Shown in pieces: positions 61,401-64,000 of a DNA stretch of 64,000 nucleotides. Origin of the DNA: Rhina ancylostomus (Eukaryota); assembly GCA_030265395.1 (NCBI GenBank), contig JARFYF010000036.1, positions 21,065,555 through 21,129,554 of the forward strand. Reading direction: 5' to 3'. Under the pieces are notes generated by a model, which saw only the letters and a list, made by a program, of their open reading frames with translations, had not been told where the DNA came from and ran no database searches. How positions within the stretch are numbered: the stretch's first letter is position 1; the number at the start of each line of letters is the position of its first letter. A program made the translations under genes and the position numbers.

Positions 61401-62006
61401 GATTGAATGGATGGATGATGGAAGTGTGCTGCTGGAAGTTTTTCGGTAGTTGATTACCCCAAAAGTTCTCTATTTTCCCCCCTCTCTTTTGTTTCTGCCT
61501 TGCTGCAAGCATCTATTCCTTCATGGGGCATTACTTCCCAAGCCCTACAAATGAAATTCTCCATGCAGGATTTCTCGATCCATGACTATAGGCTAGACTG
61601 TCTAACTCAGCATTGCTTTAAGTATGAATATGGGTCCTTGCTGATCTGCGCAGCTTAGTAGTGTGACAAAACTCATGCCTCATTTACTTCATGATATAGA
61701 ATAGTGAAGCTATTAAAATGTAAATTTGTAATGAACCATTGGTAAATCAGCTGAAGGACTAAATAAGAAAATGGTAATGTCTACTTTAATAGCTACACAA
61801 CCATATCATAATAATAATAATAATAATAATACTCACATATGCTGGGAAGCATTTGGAAAGAGGTTGGAGAATTGTGGAGCTGAGTCTTCGGGTCCATGGG
61901 GTGCTGCGTGACTGATCAGCAGCATAACTGGCCTATGTGGATAAATCTTCTTGGATAGTTTAAAGTAATTGATGCTGTCATTTGTCATCAAGTCTGTTAG
62001 GTAATC
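10415..62006 (-). CDS. SULF2: Extracellular sulfatase Sulf-2 (heparan sulfate 6-O-endosulfatase), 5'-partial multi-exon gene; 17 coding exons in window
   Basis: 17 exons with GT-AG introns join in frame (2064 nt). SULF2-type residues: [60 protein letters not shown], the QRRKWP exon and the GQLWEGWEG* end. Most exon sizes match those recalled for human SULF2. Confidence 0.96.
13057..13237. mobile_element. Penelope-type fold-back (inverted-repeat) element inserted in the LINE
   Basis: gtgctggagaaacccaatgggtcaggcaacatctgtggagagaaatggaca pairs imperfectly with tgtccatttccctgcatagatactgcctgacttgctgagttcctccagcat. Confidence 0.65.
14068..14205. mobile_element. Penelope-type fold-back element with hammerhead-like motif at apex
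   Basis: About 50-bp imperfect inverted arms flanking CTGAGGA-A-GGGT...ACCC-AAAA-CAT. Confidence 0.65.
16645..16936 (+). mobile_element. Rex1/Babar-like LINE 3' end
   Basis: ctaccatcagggaggagatacaggagcctg..., homologous to 1-248; tail aataaatctgattctgatt. Confidence 0.7.
17040..17515. mobile_element. Two inverted Penelope-type terminal remnants (17040-17130 and 17395-17515) around a spacer
   Basis: ctggaggaactcagtgagttgaacagcatctgtgg ... ctgataaagggacttcagcctgaaaagttgac...gctgagattttccagca. Confidence 0.55.
18019..18072 (-). CDS. SULF2: SULF2 exon (54 nt) [17 protein letters not shown](L)
   Basis: Acceptor acaccag|G, donor CT|gtgagt; resembles human QFQRRKWPEMKRPSSKSL. Confidence 0.93.
18355..18450 (+). 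mobile_element. Penelope-type terminal remnant with hammerhead core
   Basis: CTGATGA-A-AGGTC-ATT-GACCT-GAAA followed by ...gctgattatttccagcac. Confidence 0.6.
18704..18737 (-). CDS. SULF2: SULF2 micro-exon (34 nt) (G)[10 protein letters not shown](R)
   Basis: Acceptor ttgtttag|GA, donor AG|gtaacc; size and phase match the recalled human GLKDGGSYEQYR exon. Confidence 0.88.
19330..19453 (-). CDS. SULF2: SULF2 exon (124 nt) [41 protein letters not shown](G)
   Basis: Acceptor cttatag|CTG, donor G|gtacaa; ORF 19265..19450. Confidence 0.96.
20600..21130 (-). mobile_element. Decayed CR1 3' fragment
   Basis: ORF 20622..20933 [12 protein letters not shown]...TRTRG resembles the CR1 ORF2 C-terminus. 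Confidence 0.6.
21693..21835 (-). CDS. SULF2: SULF2 exon (143 nt) (L)[47 protein letters not shown]
   Basis: Acceptor ttccag|TG, donor CAG|gtaaaa; ORF 21636..21836. Confidence 0.97.
22801..22973 (-). CDS. SULF2: SULF2 exon (173 nt) [57 protein letters not shown]
   Basis: Acceptor ccacag|A, donor T|gtaaga; basic cluster plus [13 protein letters not shown]; ORF 22739..23023. Confidence 0.96.
23155..23660 (-). mobile_element. CR1 3' fragment spanning a gap
   Basis: [16 protein letters not shown] motif; ...gtatgactc tail. Confidence 0.7.
24680..25060 (-). mobile_element. Decayed CR1 fragment
   Basis: Minus strand gatgagaagaaatttcttcacccagagtgtagtgagg ([12 protein letters not shown]). Confidence 0.65.
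25781..25846 (-). CDS. SULF2: SULF2 exon (66 nt) [21 protein letters not shown](K)
   Basis: Acceptor ttctatag|T, donor AA|gtaagt; phase 2/2 fits neighbours; resembles human HKGRLKHRGSSLHPF. Confidence 0.9.
27231..27325 (-). CDS. SULF2: SULF2 exon (95 nt) [31 protein letters not shown](S)
   Basis: Acceptor ccttag|ATT, donor AG|gtttgt. Confidence 0.96.
28276..28372 (-). CDS. SULF2: SULF2 exon (97 nt) [32 protein letters not shown]
   Basis: Acceptor tttcacag|G, donor GAG|gttagt. Confidence 0.96.
29484..29712 (-). CDS. SULF2: SULF2 exon (229 nt) (K)[75 protein letters not shown](K)
   Basis: Acceptor ctttcag|AA, donor AA|gtaagt; within ORF 29480..29860; RSIRSV and KVTH motifs. Confidence 0.95.
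30803..31100 (-). mobile_element. CR1 3' fragment
   Basis: Minus strand tttaaggtgagaaggg...ttgggccgaagggcccatttctgtgctgtgtgactc, homologous to 2300-2425. Confidence 0.75.
32800..32968 (+). mobile_element. tRNA-derived V-SINE (truncated by gap)
   Basis: Head gtggttagc...gttcaatt (A/B boxes) and V-domain gggtttcctctgggtgctccagtttcctcccaca. Confidence 0.8.
34555..34910. repeat. Degenerate minisatellite, unit about gtaattatgactgtaccctcaggtacag
   Basis: Repeated taattatgac / ctgtaccctcag / aggtaa modules. Confidence 0.6.
34960..35605 (-). mobile_element. Rex1/Babar-like LINE 3' portion
   Basis: ORF 35202..35498 [44 protein letters not shown]; tail ...caccaataccaat. Confidence 0.8.
36040..36340 (-). 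mobile_element. Full-length V-SINE
   Basis: Reverse complement of the 36880-37195 copy, with head, V-domain and tail. Confidence 0.85.
36880..37195 (+). mobile_element. Full-length V-SINE
   Basis: tRNA-like head (B box gggttcaattc), V-domain, tail ...gtacacgtgactaataaataaata. Confidence 0.85.
37775..37982 (-). CDS. SULF2: SULF2 exon (208 nt) [69 protein letters not shown]
   Basis: Acceptor atttctag|AAA, donor A|gtaagc; open frame with KWQCVED...HKCK. Confidence 0.94.
38590..38820 (-). mobile_element. V-SINE (HE1-like, older subfamily)
   Basis: Minus strand gggtttaatcccgacctctggtgctgtcagtgtggagttt...ctggtttctttccaca. Confidence 0.7.
40545..40632 (-). mobile_element. Penelope-type terminal remnant with broken hammerhead core
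   Basis: Minus strand gtaacaa-a-gggtc-ttg-gacct-GAAACGTT-aattctgtttctccttccacagatgc. Confidence 0.55.
41045..44090 (-). mobile_element. CR1 LINE ORF2 (endonuclease plus RT), frameshifted; apparently two abutting copies around a gap
   Basis: EN: GVIYRP...VMGDF...ILDLV...GGSDH (43459..43962). RT: [25 protein letters not shown]-terminal RPRLEYC...RNFFSQ. Tail (cataagac)n near 41045. Confidence 0.92.
46195..46985 (+). mobile_element. CR1/L2-group LINE fragment (same family as 11700-14460)
   Basis: [10 protein letters not shown] and [13 protein letters not shown] motifs; 3' end ggttcaagaaagcagctcaccatcaccttctc. Confidence 0.7.
47781..47907 (-). CDS. SULF2: SULF2 exon (127 nt) [42 protein letters not shown]
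   Basis: Acceptor tttattag|T, donor CAG|gtaaga; start of hydrophilic domain. Confidence 0.96.
47997..48053 (-). CDS. SULF2: SULF2 exon (57 nt) [18 protein letters not shown](G)
   Basis: Acceptor ttttcag|G, donor GG|gtatga; [10 protein letters not shown] motif. Confidence 0.95.
48675..49290 (-). mobile_element. Decayed CR1 3' portion
   Basis: Minus strand ttataaagccctggtgagactg...ttccactcagagtgtggc; tail ...ttcttatg. Confidence 0.65.
50138..50266 (-). CDS. SULF2: SULF2 exon (129 nt) [42 protein letters not shown](R)
   Basis: Acceptor ttgccag|C, donor AG|gtaaga; NIDLAPT sulfatase motif. Confidence 0.96.
50470..50790 (-). mobile_element. V-SINE with CR1-like tail (HE1-like)
   Basis: Minus strand head gacctgggtttgatccc, V-domain remnant, tail ...ggtttctatgttgcatgactc resembling the CR1 3' end. 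Confidence 0.65.
52596..52771 (-). CDS. SULF2: SULF2 exon (176 nt) [58 protein letters not shown](I)
   Basis: Acceptor tttcag|CTC, donor AT|gtaaga; metal-binding DHG and KGK motifs; overlaps ORF 52592..52783. Confidence 0.97.
54344..54810 (-). mobile_element. L1-clade LINE 3' end (fish-type L1 ORF2 C-terminus plus A-rich tail)
   Basis: ORF 54430..54816 [33 protein letters not shown]; minus-strand aataaaaatattaaaaaagaaaagaaaa. Confidence 0.75.
55325..55465 (+). mobile_element. Penelope-type terminal remnant
   Basis: cagtcctgaagaagggtcccaacccgaaatgttgactg...tccacagatgctgagttcctccagcat. Confidence 0.65.
55343..55380 (+). ncRNA. Minimal type I hammerhead ribozyme-like motif (CpG-decayed)
   Basis: Stem I CAGTC/GACTG, core CTGAAGA, stem II GGGT/ACCC with loop CCCA, GAAA, then TGTT (consensus CGTC or CGTT). 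Confidence 0.6.
55870..56020 (-). CDS. SULF2: SULF2 exon (151 nt) [50 protein letters not shown]
   Basis: Acceptor ctgcag|C, donor AAG|gtgagt; in frame with flanking exons. Confidence 0.97.
56480..56760 (-). mobile_element. Old CR1 RT fragment
   Basis: Minus frame ...[19 protein letters not shown]. Confidence 0.6.
58054..58265. mobile_element. Tc1/mariner (Tigger/pogo-like) MITE, 212 bp
   Basis: TIRs CAGGTCCTCCACAGCTGAC and (reverse complement) CAGGTCTTCCCCAGGTTAC, flanked by TA at 58052-53 and 58266-67. Confidence 0.75.
61075..61385 (-). mobile_element. Highly decayed PIF/Harbinger (HARBI1-like) transposase remnant
   Basis: Ordered frameshifted motifs [27 protein letters not shown], then an acidic run; resembles GDKGY..WLxTP..E.TIG.LK.RFRCLD.SGG..LHN. 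Confidence 0.45.
61808..61830. repeat. (ATA)n microsatellite abutting a SULF2 donor site
   Basis: ataataataataataataataat directly adjacent to actcac (gtgagt on minus). Confidence 0.9.
61837..62006 (-). CDS. SULF2: SULF2 exon (170 nt) [56 protein letters not shown](I)
   Basis: Acceptor ttttgtag|GAT, donor AT|gtgagt; sulfatase domain HAAPHGP motif. Confidence 0.96.
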
Positions 62007-63077
62007 CTACAAAACAGAAAGGTAATGCACTGAATGTTAAATATTTTAAAAGAAACATATTGAAAGGAGCACAGTGACAAATTTCTCAGATTAGTGGCCT
62101 TTCTTTAAAAACATCTTCACAGAAAAGAAACTGTCATATTAGTGTTTTAGAATTATATATAGTATATGCATCCTTGCATTAAATAATATTACCTTCAGTG
62201 TATTTTTATTGAAAATGGGCATAACATGGGGGAGCTGCAAGTATTAATATTTAGGGCCAAGGACAGAACTTGGAAAATGTAAACAGCAGTAAGAATCTTA
62301 TTAACAATGATGAAGTTACTGTGATATGTTGCTAGTGAAGTTGGCAATAGTTTGATAATTAGTATAGTGAAGAGAAGGAAAAATCAGCCTGAAGATGATC
62401 TTTAACATTTTGAATCAACGAACTGTACATGTTGCAACCCAGAAGAACTTTAATCCATTGCTGGCATTAGCATTAGTTTTTCCAACTAAGCTGGTAATTT
62501 CATTGTAGAGTTTCCTAATTTGGTGAATAGAAAAGTCTTGGACATCAGAAAAGTAGAGAGGAATTAGTCATGACATAAAGAGCTATATTCTTTCTTGTGC
62601 TATATTTCCAACAGTTAAGGAAAAATGTACGTGCCCACATTTGGATTTTGTTCCATTTAATTTGTTACCTTCTTCANNNNNNNNNNNNNNNNNNNNNNNN
62701 NNNNNNNNNNNNNNNNNNNNNNNNNNNNNNNNNNNNNNNNNNNNNNNNNNNNNNNNNNNNNNNNNNNNNNNNNNNNTCTTCAGAATATGGACTGTAGGAA
62801 ACTTATTTTTTTCCTATGGAATTTAGTAATTATGTTACTCAGACTAGACATAGTCTTTGAAAATAGTGGCACCACCTAATCCTCCAGAATCCTCAAAATG
62901 CCTGCCTTTCCAACTGCCTGCTGCAACTAGACCTTTCTTCACGTTACATCATAATCAATTACTTTGCCTGTCACTGGCCTTTATCAGTTAAGCCACTAGC
63001 CGGCTGAATGTTTTATCTGAGATTCTCTAATACTTGGGTGAAATTAGTTCAATTTGGCGCAATAACCCAGACATCAG

Positions 63078-63300
63078 CAGGGTAATGCAGTGGTGCAGTG
63101 CAGTGGTGCAGCTGGCAGAGCTATTGCCTCCCAGCTCTAGTAACTTGGGTTCAGTCCTGACCTCCAGTACTGTCTGTGTGGAGATTGCACATTCTGCCTA
63201 GGACCGCATGGGTTTCCTCCAGATGCACTGGTTTCCTCTTGTATTCCAAAGATGTGTGGTTTGGTCACTTAATTAGATACTGTAGTTTGTCCTAGTGTGC
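63078..63300 (+). mobile_element. V-SINE (HE1-like)
   Basis: gtggtgcagctggcagag...gggttcagtcc...tgtgtggagattgcacattct...gggtttcctccagatgcactggtttcctc. Confidence 0.8.
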
Positions 63301-64000
63301 AGATGAGTGACACAATCTGAGGAGAATAAAGTGGGATTAGTATTAAATGGGTGCTTGAATGTCGGAGCAGATTGTGAGCTAAAGGGGCTTTTTCGGTGTG
63401 GTATGGCTCTGATGGCATACACCAAGTTCCAAAATGGATGTTGCCCTCTTCTGCACAAGAATTTATGGGCACCAGAGTTGACTGGTATAAGGTCTGAATG
63501 ATACATCACCATTCTTACACAGATGGTAACATTTTTCCTGAAGTATTTTGCATAGAGCTGAATTTAGTAGGACTAAAAATCAGAATTTCTGCCTCCTGCT
63601 CTAAATATCTGTTCCTTTTGTTCCAGTATCTGGGTCAAAGCCACAAAAGCCCTATTTTTGCCATATTTCTGAGGCTGAATCTAAATATCCATCAAGACTT
63701 TGGGGAAAAACCTTTAATTGGGATGCATTTATCTGCAGAGTAAACAATTATTTTGGAGTTGTCACTGTGCAAAGAAAAACTTTATCTGCATTATTTGAGA
63801 TTCTTATTGTAGACTAGGTATGATGAATGCACTGGTAACAAAGAGAAGGTGTATTGAGAATAGATGGTTGTGCACTAAAACCAGGCAGTTTTACAGTTTC
63901 CAGTAGCCAAGCACAGTATTCAAATACACACCACCGAATGACATATCGTAAGGCAACAACAATAAATGCAAAAACTATGTTAGTTAAGCATCAATATCAG

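Noticed and set aside
10415-62006. Assignment as SULF1 or GNS
   Set aside because: The C-terminus GQLWEGWEG, the QRRKWP exon, [22 protein letters not shown] and the hydrophilic domain favour SULF2.

Overview
Eukaryotic (vertebrate) DNA, most likely a cartilaginous fish (inferred from the V-SINE/HE1-like, CR1, Rex1/Babar and Penelope-type repeats), from a draft assembly with many N gaps. The window holds the 3' part of a minus-strand extracellular heparan-sulfate 6-O-endosulfatase gene, SULF2. I traced 17 coding exons by hand from 62006 down to the TAG stop at 10415. All introns are GT-AG and the exons join into one open frame of 2064 nt (687 aa plus stop). The exons for the signal peptide and the catalytic Cys/FGly motif lie beyond the right edge. 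The rest is intron, probable 3' UTR and decayed transposons. The most notable extra signals are: (i) a family of Penelope-type remnants carrying minimal hammerhead-ribozyme motifs, some at the apex of fold-back hairpins, with intact cores only antisense to SULF2; (ii) V-SINEs whose 3' tail resembles a Rex1/Babar LINE tail; (iii) a candidate alternative SULF2 terminal exon near 5.2 kb; (iv) conserved SULF2 furin, GAG-attachment and alternative-splicing features. No prokaryotic-type system (CRISPR, operon) is present. Comparisons with human SULF1/SULF2 and repeat consensus sequences are from memory, not from database searches.
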